From: Eledone cirrhosa
Lineage: Eukaryota
Direction of reading: 5' to 3'
Assembly: GCA_964016885.1 (NCBI GenBank)
Contig: OZ024754.1
Coordinates: 16,802,001 to 16,866,000 of the forward strand
DNA: 64,000 bases
Below, piece by piece: positions 39,668-54,609 of the stretch; within the stretch, counting starts at the first letter, position 1, and every line of letters starts with the position of its first letter. Under the pieces are notes generated by a model that did no database searches, was not told where the DNA came from, and saw only the letters and a list, made by a program, of their open reading frames with translations. The position numbers were made by a program, and so were the translations under genes.

Positions 39668-40495
39668 ATATATATATCATCATTTTGATTTGAAGTTGCC
39701 TAAAGCCACCTCTGATGATACATCTCTTCTATGATACAAAATTCTATTTAAAATTGTTTATATTTATGTAAAAACCTTCCAATATAATTTTATATAAAAC
39801 ACCACCTTGATTCTTTTGTTACCATATTTTTAATGAAAAGCACTGACTATATTGTGAAATAATTTTGAAAATAATATAAAATATGGGAAGGTTTAGTAAT
39901 GTAGACTTTTCATTATTAAGCTGGTGTTTGGAATATAAGTTAACAAAGGTTCTTATATCAAATTATGTTGAAAGGTTATAAGATAAATATAAACACTTTA
40001 AAATGAAATTTTGTTTCATGGAACCAGAGGCCGTTTAGTAATGAATAGGTGAACAATGCAAAAGTTTTATTACTAAATTCCTTCAAATTCTTAATCATTT
40101 TCAAAATCATTTGAAAATTATAAGCAGTAAAAAGTTTCCATATAATTTCATGTAAGAACTTTTATTACTTTATTCCAAACATCAGCTTAATGATAAGAAA
40201 GTTATTTATATTGCTGAATTCCTCCAAATTCTTTATTATTTTATAAATTATTTGAAAATTATAGGCAATATTTTTCAGAAGAAATATGTTAAGGAAAGAT
40301 TTAAAGCTTAAAAAGATATTCTCTATATTCATCTGACGAATTTGTGACATAAGTAACATCTACCCTTTAGGTGTAGAGGGCTTTCATTTTACTAATGTGC
40401 CTGTAAGGGGCAACAATTTAGATAATACTCTGTTATCCCAGATTGCATCAATAATTAAGAAAAAATGTTTTTAGTGTATAAGCTGTTAAGTCACC

Positions 40496-40911
40496 TTAAC
40501 CCTTTAGAATTTTCATTATTCTATATTTATATTGAGGGCGGTGGATTGGTAGTACCAGTAAAGGGTCGGACGCCAATGCTTGCAGCAAAGAGTTACGGCC
40601 CTTTACGTTTTGAGTTCAAATCCCGCCGAGATTAACTTTGCCTTTCATCCTTACGGGTCAATAAAATAAAGTACCAGTAATACACTGGGATAATTGCTGG
40701 CCTGTGCCGAAAGTAGAAACAATTATTCTATATTTACTATTGTATATTCATGGTAAAGGCTTTATCTCACATAAACTCGAGATTTTAATAATGTTATTGT
40801 TTATTTTAAGAACGCTATCTTAACGTCAGTGTGACCTGCTGGTTACTGCTGGTTTAAAAAAGGGGAAATAATTATGGTCGGATACAGCCGGTTTAAATGC
40901 TAAAGGGTTAA
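40496..40911 (+). mobile_element. piggyBac-like MITE family 1 carrying a nested SINE B (40536-40724)
   Basis: TTAACCCTTTAG...CTAAAGGGTTAA termini. The SINE is flanked by the duplication attattctatattta. Confidence 0.88.
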
Positions 40912-41892
40912 GATTTGTTAGATATTATAATGGAGAATAATTATTCTTCAAGTCTTCCTGTGTGTCCATAACAATGAAGATTTGTTCACGGTAAATAAAA
41001 CAGATGTAAAACCTCATCATTTTTATCTGTTTTTCTTTGCTATCCATTCATTGGCTTTTAGCAGTGATTATTATTGGAGGCAAATCTCGTGGCACACTGT
41101 TGTGTAATAGGTGTGTGCGGATGGGGGTGGGGTGGTTAGTGACATTTTTTTTTTCTTATTGTGCTAACACTTGAAGTGTGTTAACGTCCTGTGCCACATG
41201 AAACCACATTAGCAAAATATACTTGAAATGTATGAAACAACCCTTACTGTATCACAATGACCTTCCACTAGAAAAGCAACTATAAACATTTGAATTAAAG
41301 ATATTTTCTGCTAAATCCTCACAGGACTACATTATTTTGCTTGAGAGCATATGAAATAAGTTGAAGGAATATTTTTTACCATTCTATTATTATACAATAC
41401 AAAGGAAATTATATCCCTGATATTAATTTTGACTTAGCTATGTAAAATTATATTTTGCATAGATTTTACTTTAAGATGCAGAATCTCAATTTATATTTCA
41501 ATAAAGTTTGCCTAATATCATTTGAGAATTCTCTGCTATATTTGGTCATTTGGAATTCTAAGTTTCCTAAATATCATTCTAATATGTTATGTTGGTGTCA
41601 CATTGATTGTGTTCAGTATTAATGTCATTTGTAACAATTGAAATTGAACAACATTTCAATATCCTGTTAGTATTCATGGCTCACTGAATATATTCATGAA
41701 CAATTGTTTACATCTGTCTGTTTCAATGTATAGTTTTCCTTTTATTTTTAGCTATGAATCAAATGTTATTTGCTTCCAGATTCTGTTTAGCTTGTTTATT
41801 ATTATATTTCTAATAAAAACAAACACTGCCTATGATTTTCAAATAAATTCTAGAAGAATCAAGAATTTAGAAAGATTTAGTAATATAACTAA

Positions 41893-42089
41893 GTTAACTA
41901 TATTTACTATTGTATTTTCACGGTAAACACTTTTATCTCACATAATATTGAAGCTATGGGATTTTGATATTATTTATTTTGAGAACACTACCTTAACATT
42001 GGTATGAGTGGCTGATTATGGCTGGTTTGAACAGAAAGAGGTGAGAGAATTCTGGTCGGATACGGCCAGTATAAATGCAAAAGAGTTAA
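41893..42089 (+). mobile_element. piggyBac-like MITE family 1 (degenerate)
   Basis: Internal match to the family, ending taaatgcaaaagagttaa. Confidence 0.75.
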
Positions 42090-42378
42090 GCTTATGTTTG
42101 GAACAACTTAACATCCCGTACTGCATGAAACCACATTAGCAAGAAATTCTTGTAAAATATAAAACAACACTATTGCTGCATCACATTGAGAAATTAAAAT
42201 CTTTACTTTAGTTTACTGCAACTTTTCACACTTTGTCCACTAGTAAAAATACTATAAACATTTGAATTAACAAACCTTTTAAAGATGTTTTTTTTTGTTA
42301 AATCATCACAGGATGTTAAGAGTTAAATGTTCTCAAATAGAATGATGATAGTTTTGTGGATAGACACGCATTTTAATA

Positions 42379-42563
42379 TAATCCTTTAGCATTTAAACTG
42401 GCTGTAACTAGCCACTCATACTTATGTTAAGGTATCGTTCTCAAAATAAATAATATAAAAATTTAATAGATTCAATATTATGCAAGATATTAATGTGAGG
42501 TAAAGACTTTAAAGTGAACATATAATAGTATATATAGAGTAATGTAAATAGTAAAGAGATAAA
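42379..42563 (-). mobile_element. piggyBac-like MITE family 1 (degenerate)
   Basis: taatcctttagcatttaaactggc...agagtaatgtaaatagtaaagagataa. Confidence 0.75.
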
Positions 42564-44166
42564 CAGCTGGGTATCATAGAATCTAGGGTGTTTTCAGGTG
42601 GTTTGTATGGAGATAGGTTCAAAGTAGTTGTTGGTAATTGTATAAATATTGTGTATCAAATTCAACTTCAAAAATTACTTCATTGTGGCTTTGTGGGTTT
42701 TATATAATAACCACGTAGATCGTGACTGAGGATGTTAATGGGACTTTAAGTCTAGTTCCAGAAGGTTCAGTGGTTTAAAATAAAATGCTAATAATTTGCT
42801 GGAAAATACGAGGGTCGGCTGAAAAGATCATATGCTGACCAAGATACTCGCATGGAATGACTGAATGAGATATTGTGTACCCAGATTTCAAATAGGCATA
42901 TTGTATCCCTGCATGTTATAAGAAGCAACTAAAAGGCTTGGCACTTGGTTGAAAGGGCTTCTACCTGTAAAACATTGCCCCCCCCCCCCCCCCAAAAAAA
43001 GTAACAACATCAAACAAACAAACAAACAAAACAAAACAAAGAGAACAAGAGCCCCTTGTCATGGTGTTTGCAGGGCTAAACCCGGCTTTAGCAAAGAAAA
43101 TGATTTTAAAACGCATGTTGATATTGTTGTGTACATCATTCTGTAGTTAAAGTTTTTTTCAATTAAAAGTAAAATAGTGAGTATTTAGGTAAAGTAAACA
43201 ATAAATAAAAGGATGAGCATGGTAGCTGTCCAATTTGATGATTGATGTGTTAGCTAAGTAAAGTATTGTGATATAATACAGGTCTTTGATGATATAACAA
43301 CTTGTCATTGCCAGCATGTCATCTGCAGCTCTTTTACTATTGTAAGACACCTAAGAACTATTATTCTTTGTCTTTTTATTTTCTTCTTAAAACTACATAT
43401 GATCCTTTTCATAGTATTTCTGTTTTCTCTATTCCACCTGTCAGTCAGTATTTAGTTGAAAGAATTGTTAGGATGTTTCAGCTTTTTTGATTTTTGTTTG
43501 TATTATTTATTTGTCTTTTCTTTTCATCATTTTTTCTCCCTCCTCCAATATAACATTTGTTTCTGTTGAGATAATTGTTTAGCTTTTGAAAATATTTGCT
43601 TTCTATATTTTTATTATTGCTCAAAGACTCTGCAAATTGAATTTGAAATCAAGACAGATATTTTTATTTTTTATTTAAAAAATAAATGATTCAAAAATAA
43701 TTTAATTTATTTTTTCTTTTGTTTCAAGCACCGATTATTAAGGTGTAACTTTAAATAGAGGGTTTTCAACCATGTAATAACTCACTTATGAGTGTTATCA
43801 GGGTTTATTTTTACCTTTGATTTTCTTTTCTCTAAAACACTTTAATAAAAGGTAAAGATGGTTCAGTGATGGTGGGGGTCTACAGGAAACCATTGTTGGT
43901 TCCAGTGGGGAGTAAGGTTGCAAATTTGAAACTTGCAGGAGTTGGTGGCAGAGCAACACCAGGAATATAGTCTGCTGTTTTAATCTAATGCCCAACACAG
44001 GAGGAAGAGATTGATATGCAGACTGTTATGGGGCCTGCTACTTCAGCAGAGAAAATGGCCTTAGAATGATTGTTGATGTGAAATCTTGTTACCTTTTTCA
44101 TACCAACCTACCCCAAATCACATCTGATTCTTGGAAACAAAACCATACATTTTAAAAGGTTCCGAC

Positions 44167-44377
44167 TTAACCCATTAGCATTTAGAATGGCCAGAATTCT
44201 CTCACCTCTTTCTGTTCAAACTGGCTCTTACCAGTCACTCATACTGATTTTAAGGTATTGTTCTCAAAATAAATAATTTCAAAATCTTATAGATTCAATA
44301 TCATAGATAATTATGTGAGATTAAAGTCTTCACCATGAAAATATAATATATATAGAGTAATGTAAATGCTGGGTTAA
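44167..44377 (-). mobile_element. piggyBac-like MITE family 1
   Basis: ttaacccattagcattta...gtaatgtaaatgctgggttaa. Confidence 0.8.
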
Positions 44378-46429
44378 ATTAAAACTTCCCAACATAATTA
44401 GATATAAGAATCTTGTTAAATATTTTACAAATACCATCATAATAATGAAATACTTTATAAATTTCATAAATCCATCCAAATTCTTCATTAATTGATTCTA
44501 AGAAACAGACATGATACAAAGGTCTGCATTTCTTGGGGATATTTCTCAGAACTAGAATATCTTCATAATTTAATGTCATTCTGAATATTACTTTGAAGTA
44601 GTATTTTTGGTAAACTTGTGATAATAATTTTACTAACTTTTGCTTCATGGATGACAAACTTATTCCCCATTGTTGTCTGCAAAAAATATTCAAAGACATC
44701 TTTTCTATATACACAAACATTCAATATATCTTACATGCAAGAAAACTGATTTTGTTATCTATTAGCTGATTAGATATTTATATATTCTACTGTAAACAAC
44801 TTGTTTGTTATAACTGTGTGAAATACAGTTGAAGAAATAAACAAAAGATAATTAAAATAATCATATATGATATTAATTGTTTTTTATAGTCATTTTAATT
44901 TGTTGACAGTTATTTGTTTCTGGTAGATGTTTGCAAATAACACTTCAATTATAAATGATTATCAAAAAAGATTTTTGACAACTCATTGAGAGGGGAGGAA
45001 AAAAGTGTTTTAAAATGTAAAAAGCCTAGGAAATTTATTGTTTCATGAGAAATGTTTGTTATCTGTTGCTGTGTCTCCATGTACTTAGTTTCTTCCATAT
45101 AGCATAGCTGCACATTGAGCAGCAAGAAGTCACCATTCTTCTCTTGTTTACCTATCTCTTCTCATGTGACGCTAACCCATTTAATACCAAAATACCAGAA
45201 ATCAGGATAAGCATCAGCTTCATGAGCCTCTGGGCTTAAGACAGACTTTAGACTAGAAACCACCCCTGGCATTTGATACTAAAATGCTTGTTTAAACCTT
45301 CCTTCATAATCTTATGTAAGGGCCTTTATTAGGCCATGTTCACCAGCTTAATAATGAAAACGTTATATTAATAAATCTCTCAAAATTTTTGATTATTTTC
45401 AAAAGGATTTGAAAATCATAGCCAGTGTTTTTCATTAGAAATATAGTAAAGGAAAAGAATTAAGCTGTTTTAAATTTTTTGATACCAATCCAGCTAAAAC
45501 CTCCAAAATGAAACCTGTGTAATATTCACCTCCAAAAGAGGATTTCAGTCAGAGAAAAAATGCAGTCAGTGTGTATGTGTGTATACGTGTGGAGGATATT
45601 TATGTATCAAAAAGTTCAAATTTAGTAATATAACCAGTCTTATTATTAAAGTGGCGTTTATTACATAGTTTTGGAAAATTGAAAACCTATAATAGTTTTG
45701 ATCATAGTTTCATAAATCAATGTTGATATTTGGAACACAATCATAAATATATTGTTTAAGTAATATAATTGTTTTTAATTTTATTGCTAAATTACATTTT
45801 ATTGAAAAAATAAGTTGAAATAAATAAATTTTTTTTTTCATTAACAATAATGATTTTTTGATGAAAAAAAAAGATATTTGAATATTATTTCGTAATTGAA
45901 ACTTTTTATATTAAATGATATTTTTTTTCAACATTATGTTTATTGAATTAATGGATATTAAAAGTATTAAGCAAACAAAAAACAAACAAACCATAATTGG
46001 ATAATGAACTTTACTATAGATTTTTTTTCCTTTAGTGATTTCAATTGAAATTAAATTACCGAATTCGACAGCTTATAAAACACACTTTTTTTTCTTCCAA
46101 AATATGTCTCAGAAAATCACCTTGAGTCTTATAAGGTTAAGGGTCAGTGTTGCAGTGGCTCTTGAATTTTCACAATTCCTTATGTTTTAAAAATGTACTA
46201 AGATATTTCAACTAGAAATTATGATGTAGAATGTTAATAATAATTCTAATAATGCTAATAATAAGTCAACATGTTTGATGGTCTCCTCTCTCTACATCAC
46301 TGATATTGACCAAGGGAAAAGCAAAAGCTGATATAGCTTGACACCAGTGATGTCATAACTCACTTCTATGGCTGAGTATACTGTATGATATATCTATATA
46401 TAGCATATATCATATCATATTATATAATA

Positions 46430-46618
46430 TAATTGTTTTTACTTTTGGCACAAGGTCATCAATTATTCCACTATGTTACTGGTACTTTATTTTATCGGCC
46501 CTATAAGGATGAAAGGCAAAGTTTAACCACAGCGAGATTTGAACTCAGATTGAGAAGGGCCATAAGTCTATGCTGCAAAGCATGGCACTTGAACCCCTAC
46601 CGATACTAGCAATCCATC
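46430..46618 (-). mobile_element. SINE family B (diverged)
   Basis: Matches the family consensus on the minus strand. Confidence 0.85.
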
Positions 46619-47007
46619 GTTTATTATATTATATAATATAATATACAGTAAACTTCCTTATGGCAATCTTGTGAATCGGAGGTGTTTTTTTCAATGCATT
46701 TATTATGTAAATAAATTGGGTTGAGTTAATAAGAAATATAATGTAATAAAGACTACGTTATCAGATGCTAGATGGACAGTAAGCAAGTTGTGAACTGAGA
46801 GGAAGTAAATAAAGTTTAAAAATACAATTTAAAAAAAATCCATTTTATAAATGGCAAAGCTGATAGAAATAAGCAACAACATTGTCTATACTTTTCAAAA
46901 ATGCCTTCAGTTATTTTAGAAGTTTGCTATATATAAACACACTTGCACACACTGTTTGCTGTATATACTACTAAGTACATATATATATATATGTATATAT
47001 ATATATA

Positions 47008-47478
47008 CTTTATTCTTAACTCTGAAGCGGAGATTCATTCGGTTTCCTAGTTAGAATTTTAGTCTACGACTTCAGCTATACCATTTACGTGGTTTTGTCT
47101 TTGCGTGCAATTGTTCTCCACGCTCCACATATGACGTATTATCTTCGTTTTTTCTGTTCATTGCCAGAGAACGTCTCTATGAACCACCTAAGAGAACATT
47201 AGTCTACGACTTCTTTTATACCATAAACGTGGTTCTGTCTTTGCGTGTAATTGTTTTTCACCACTCCTATTAATGACGTATTATATTCGTTTTTTCCCGT
47301 TCTTTGCCAGGGAACGTTTCCACGAACCAAAGTATCGTCTTCCTGTCTTCCTCCGGTTGCAACGTTTTTTGAAATATTCACTTCTGCGTTTACAGATTGA
47401 CTTTGTTAGTTTCAGAAGATCCCGTTAAGGGTGAAAGCAGCGATTCTTTGCTTAAACTTTAATCTGTTATTTTAATAA
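47008..47478. repeat. CpG-retaining element in (TA)n with ~140-bp diverged tandem duplication
   Basis: ttagtctacgacttc...ttgccag(a/g)gaacgt..gaacca occurs at ~47059-47187 and ~47199-47329. Flanked on both sides by (TA)n. Confidence 0.75.
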
Positions 47479-47496
47479 ATATATATATATATACAT

Positions 47497-47688
47497 GCTG
47501 AGCTCAAGCCGTTTCGACGGCTAATTCTGGACCAGAATTGGTCCAGAATTGGTCCAGAATTAGCCGTCGAAACGGCTTGAGCTCAGCCGTCGGGGTCCTA
47601 CTCGTTCCTATTACCCACTCTACTACCCTAAGTATTGAGTACTTTGGTGCGTTATGGTCCACCTGGTTCCTTACCACATTTCCTTCGT
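47497..47688. mobile_element. GC-rich foldback element plus tail, in (TA)n
   Basis: 47497-47534 and 47550-47587 are perfect reverse complements, with an 11-bp tandem unit ggtccagaatt at the centre and a ~100-nt unique tail. Confidence 0.8.
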
Positions 47689-47724
<36 letters not shown>

Positions 47725-47766
47725 CATATGTATATATATACATACATATGTATATATATACATACA

Positions 47767-47818
<52 letters not shown>

Positions 47819-47886
47819 CACATATGTATATATATACATACATATGTATATATATACATACATATGTATATATATACATATATATG

Positions 47887-47918
<32 letters not shown>

Positions 47919-47919
47919 C

Positions 47920-47968
<49 letters not shown>

Positions 47969-47983
47969 TACATATATATATAT

Positions 47984-48030
<47 letters not shown>

Positions 48031-48053
48031 CATATATACATATATATATATAT

Positions 48054-48137
<84 letters not shown>

Positions 48138-48170
48138 ATATATATACATATATATATATACATATATATA
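47689..48170. repeat. Long (TA)n/(TACA) microsatellite
   Basis: Direct inspection. Confidence 0.97.
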
Positions 48171-49981
48171 TCATCATCATCATCATCATCAACGTTTAAC
48201 GTCCGTGTTCCACGCTTGCATGGGTTTGGACGGGGGTAGTCCCACTTGAGGCAAGAGTGATTGTCTTGCTCGCATAGGACTGTCTGGCAGGTTTTCTACA
48301 GTTGGATGCCCTTCCTAACACCAACCACATTTACAGTGTGGGTCTGGGAGGTTTTTACCGTGTTGCCTACACGGCCACATTACAGCGTGGACTGTGTGTT
48401 TTTTTGTCGTGACACCTACACGATCTCATTTGTTTCGGCCTCGAAGGCGCGGCACCAACATAACTTTACATAGAACGGGGTGGTGTGGATCGGGTGGGGG
48501 TGGGGGTGGTGGGACGGGGTGTATTTTGTTAGAGATGCCTACTGGCTGGAGTAGGTTTTACTATATATTTAGGTAAGGCGGGTCTTCTCTGTTACTGAGT
48601 ACCGCCAAAGGTCTCGGTCCAGTGACATTGTCTTGGAGAGGTGTAAGTGTGTGATGTCGGAGTTTATCAGCTCGTCCCAGGTTTTTCTAGGTCTGCCTAT
48701 TCCGTGACTACCGTCTATCTTTATTGCCCTGCACTTTGTTATACAGCTATCGACTTTCATGCGCATCACGTGTCCATACCAACGTAGCCTTCTCTCGAGT
48801 AAACAACATCTGATCCCTCTTATCTCTAATTTTTTCCTTAGTTCGTTTATGCTTTGCCGTTCACGTATATTACTGTTACACATCCAGCGGAGCATGCAAG
48901 CTTCGTTCCTCTCTAGTCTGCGTATATCCTCTGCACACAATGCCCAGGTCTCACTGCCATGCAGCATTGCTGTTCGTATGCAGGCATCGTACAACCTGCC
49001 TTTCATTTTTAGTGAGAGCCCTTTAGCAGCTAATAGTGGTATAAGCTCTCTGAACTTTTTCCAACCAGTTCTGACTCTAGCTACAGTACTTTCAGAGCAC
49101 CCTCCCCCACTGCTGATTTTATCGCCCAGGTAACGGAAGCTGTCCACTATTTCTATAGAACCCTCTGCGCAATTGAAAGAGCTAGTAGTTTGTGGGCACT
49201 TGCTGCTACTTATTGCACCAGAGCACCGGCCACATGTAAAATCTATGTTCTTAGTTAGCTTACCTGTGATCCCACTACATCTTTTATGCACCCATACTTT
49301 GCATTTAGGACATAAAATGGAGTTTCTACCTACGCCTTTCCTACACACCGAGCACGACCATTTCCCAGAAGGGACCGCCGCCTTGTTTTCTTTCCTACAA
49401 ACTAGCACTTTGGTCTTAGCCAGGTTAATTTTAAGTCCTTTTGACTCTAGGCCGTGCTTCCATGTTTGGAATTTCTTCTCTAGCTCGGCCATTGATTCCG
49501 CTATGAGTGTCAGGTCGTCTGCGTATAGGAGTTCCCATGGGCAGCCTGTCTTGAACTCCTCTGTTATAGCCTGAAGGGCAATAATAAATAGTAGTGGACT
49601 GAGAACAGAGCCCTGATGGACGCCAACTTTTACGCTAAACTCTTCACTATATTCGTTGTTAATTCTAACCTTGCTGACTGTTTCTTTATACATGGCTTGT
49701 ATAGCCCTCACAAGCCATTCGTCAACGCCTAGTTTTCTAAGAGCCCACCAGATAATGGAGCGGGGGACTCTGTCGAAGGCTTTCTCCAAGTCGACAAAAG
49801 CTAAGTAGAGGGGTTTACCTTTAGCTAGGTACTTCTCCTGTAGTTGTCGTACTATGAAAAGAGCGTCTGTGGTACTTTTGCCTGACACAAACCCGAACTG
49901 CATTTCATCTAGGTCAATTCTCTCTCTGATTAGTTGCGCTATTACTCTTTCCGTGACCTTCATGACCTGGTCGATTAATTT
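48171..49981 (-). mobile_element. 5'-truncated RTE LINE, second subfamily, open RT-to-stop frame
   Basis: Frame from KLIDQVMKV to EKTRLT* (stop at 48569) with [23 protein letters not shown], a C4HC3 finger and [11 protein letters not shown]. ~400-nt 3'UTR and (GAT)n tail. Clearly diverged in DNA from its neighbour. Confidence 0.95.
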
Positions 49982-50001
49982 ATATATATATATATATATA
50001 C

Positions 50002-53193
<3,192 letters not shown>

Positions 53194-53210
53194 TATATAT
53201 ATATATATAC

Positions 53211-53244
<34 letters not shown>

Positions 53245-53287
53245 CAAAATGAAAATCCGAAGGCAAGGTAAAATTCCAATCATTTAA

Positions 53288-53361
53288 TCACGACACATGT
53301 TTCAATAAGAGATAGATCGATTGTGAAGCCATGATCGATTATCACTGATCTCATCAGGTGA
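53288..53361 (-). ncRNA. Type I hammerhead ribozyme motif (GUC triplet)
   Basis: Minus strand: ucac-CUGAUGA-(long, weakly closed stem II)-GAAA-C-AUGU-G-UC-guga. Stem I ucac/guga and a minimal stem III. Confidence 0.65.
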
Positions 53362-53552
53362 AAATGAATTGTCTTCAAATTCTTGATATGAGGGAGAAAA
53401 AATAACGATGTTCTCTCACAGAATTCATTCCCTCATTCATTTCCCAATCATTCATTTCCCAATCTCATACATCAATTTTAAATTATTTTTCATATGTTGA
53501 TTTAAAACTTCATTATTCACAAGTGTTTTTTAAGCTGCATATCATGTATCCC

Positions 53553-53620
53553 TATTTTATCTGATGAGAACGCAGATATCATTCCATGATATTTGTTTTT
53601 GAAATGTGCATAATAAAATA
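53553..53620 (+). ncRNA. Type I hammerhead ribozyme motif
   Basis: uauuuuau-CUGAUGA(53561)-stem II gcagauauca/ugauauuugu-GAAA(53601)-U-GUGC-A-UA-auaaaaua. Perfect 8-bp stem I. Predicted cleavage after 53612. Confidence 0.8.
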
Positions 53621-53818
53621 CTTGGAACTGTTTTAACCATCTTTTGATCTTATATTATTTATACTCCAGTCCTACAAACTGTAGAGTGCTACTTATCCGA
53701 TATTTGCATTGCTTTATTGTGCTACAATAAAACTCATCTCCTACATATATACATATATATATACACATTTATATACACATATATAAACACATATATATAA
53801 ATACACATATATATATAT

Positions 53819-53851
<33 letters not shown>

Positions 53852-53852
53852 C

Positions 53853-53966
53853 ACAGTCCTATGCGAGCAAGACAACCACTCTTGCCTCAAGTGGGAAAAC
53901 TCCCGTCCAAACCCATGCAAGCATGGAACACGGACGTTAAACGATGATGATGATGATGATGATGAT
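53853..53966 (+). mobile_element. Extreme 3' tip of RTE (48171 subfamily) or cognate SINE
   Basis: acagtcctatgcgagcaagacaaccactcttgcctcaagtggg...gacgttaaacgatgatgatg is the inverted match of 48171-48283. Inserted in (TA)n. Confidence 0.88.
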
Positions 53967-54060
53967 ATACACATATATATATACGCATATATATACATAT
54001 ATATATGTATATATATATATATAATATATAAGATCAAAAGATGGTTAAAAGAGTTCCATG

Positions 54061-54131
54061 TATTTTATTATGTGCATTTCAAAAACAAATATCATCATGC
54101 AATAACATTTGTGTATTCGTCAGATAAAATA
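54061..54131 (-). ncRNA. Type I hammerhead ribozyme motif
   Basis: Minus strand: uauuuuau-CUGACGA-auacacaaauguuau...gaugauauuuguuuuu-GAAA-U-GCAC-A-UA-auaaaaua. Diverged inverted paralog of 53553-53620 with an intact core. Confidence 0.75.
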
Positions 54132-54333
54132 GGAAGACATGATATGAAGGTTAAAATACACTTGTGAATAGTGCAGTTTTAAATCAACATATGAAAAGTA
54201 GTTTTCTTATCCGATATCTGCACTGCTTTATTGTACTACAATAAGACTCACTTCCTACATATATATATATATAAATATATATAATATATATACGATATTA
54301 AATAAATGGAAACTATATTTATAAAACCATATT

Positions 54334-54398
54334 TATTTCATTATACATATTTCAGGGATACCAAATTAAAATATGGTATGCCTTCATCAGACAAGATA
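54334..54398 (-). ncRNA. Type I hammerhead ribozyme motif (left arm of foldback)
   Basis: Reverse complement of the 54545-54609 motif. Confidence 0.78.
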
Positions 54399-54544
54399 CA
54401 ATATATAAACAGTTTTATAAATAATTTTGACATACCCTATTAAATGCAACCATTATTTTTGGAAGCTATCTGGATAGCTTCCAAAAATAATGGTTGCATT
54501 TAATAGGGTATGTCAAAATTATTTATAAAACTGTTTATATATTG

Positions 54545-54609
54545 TATTTTGTCTGATGAAGGCATACCATATTTTAATTTGGTATCCCTGAAATATGTAT
54601 AATGAAATA
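54545..54609 (+). ncRNA. Type I hammerhead ribozyme motif (right arm of foldback)
   Basis: uauuuugu-CUGAUGA(54553)-aggcauacca/ugguaucccu stem II-GAAA(54590)-U-AUGU-A-UA-augaaaua. Predicted cleavage after 54601. Confidence 0.8.

Noticed and set aside
43853-44070. GC-richer segment that could be a host exon
   Set aside because: Weak acceptor, early stops in the frames examined, and no recognisable protein motif.
53194-53266. N-terminus of the 950-aa ORF suggesting a full-length active LINE
   Set aside because: It derives from flanking (TA)n. The first APE motifs and the 5'UTR are missing, so this copy is truncated.
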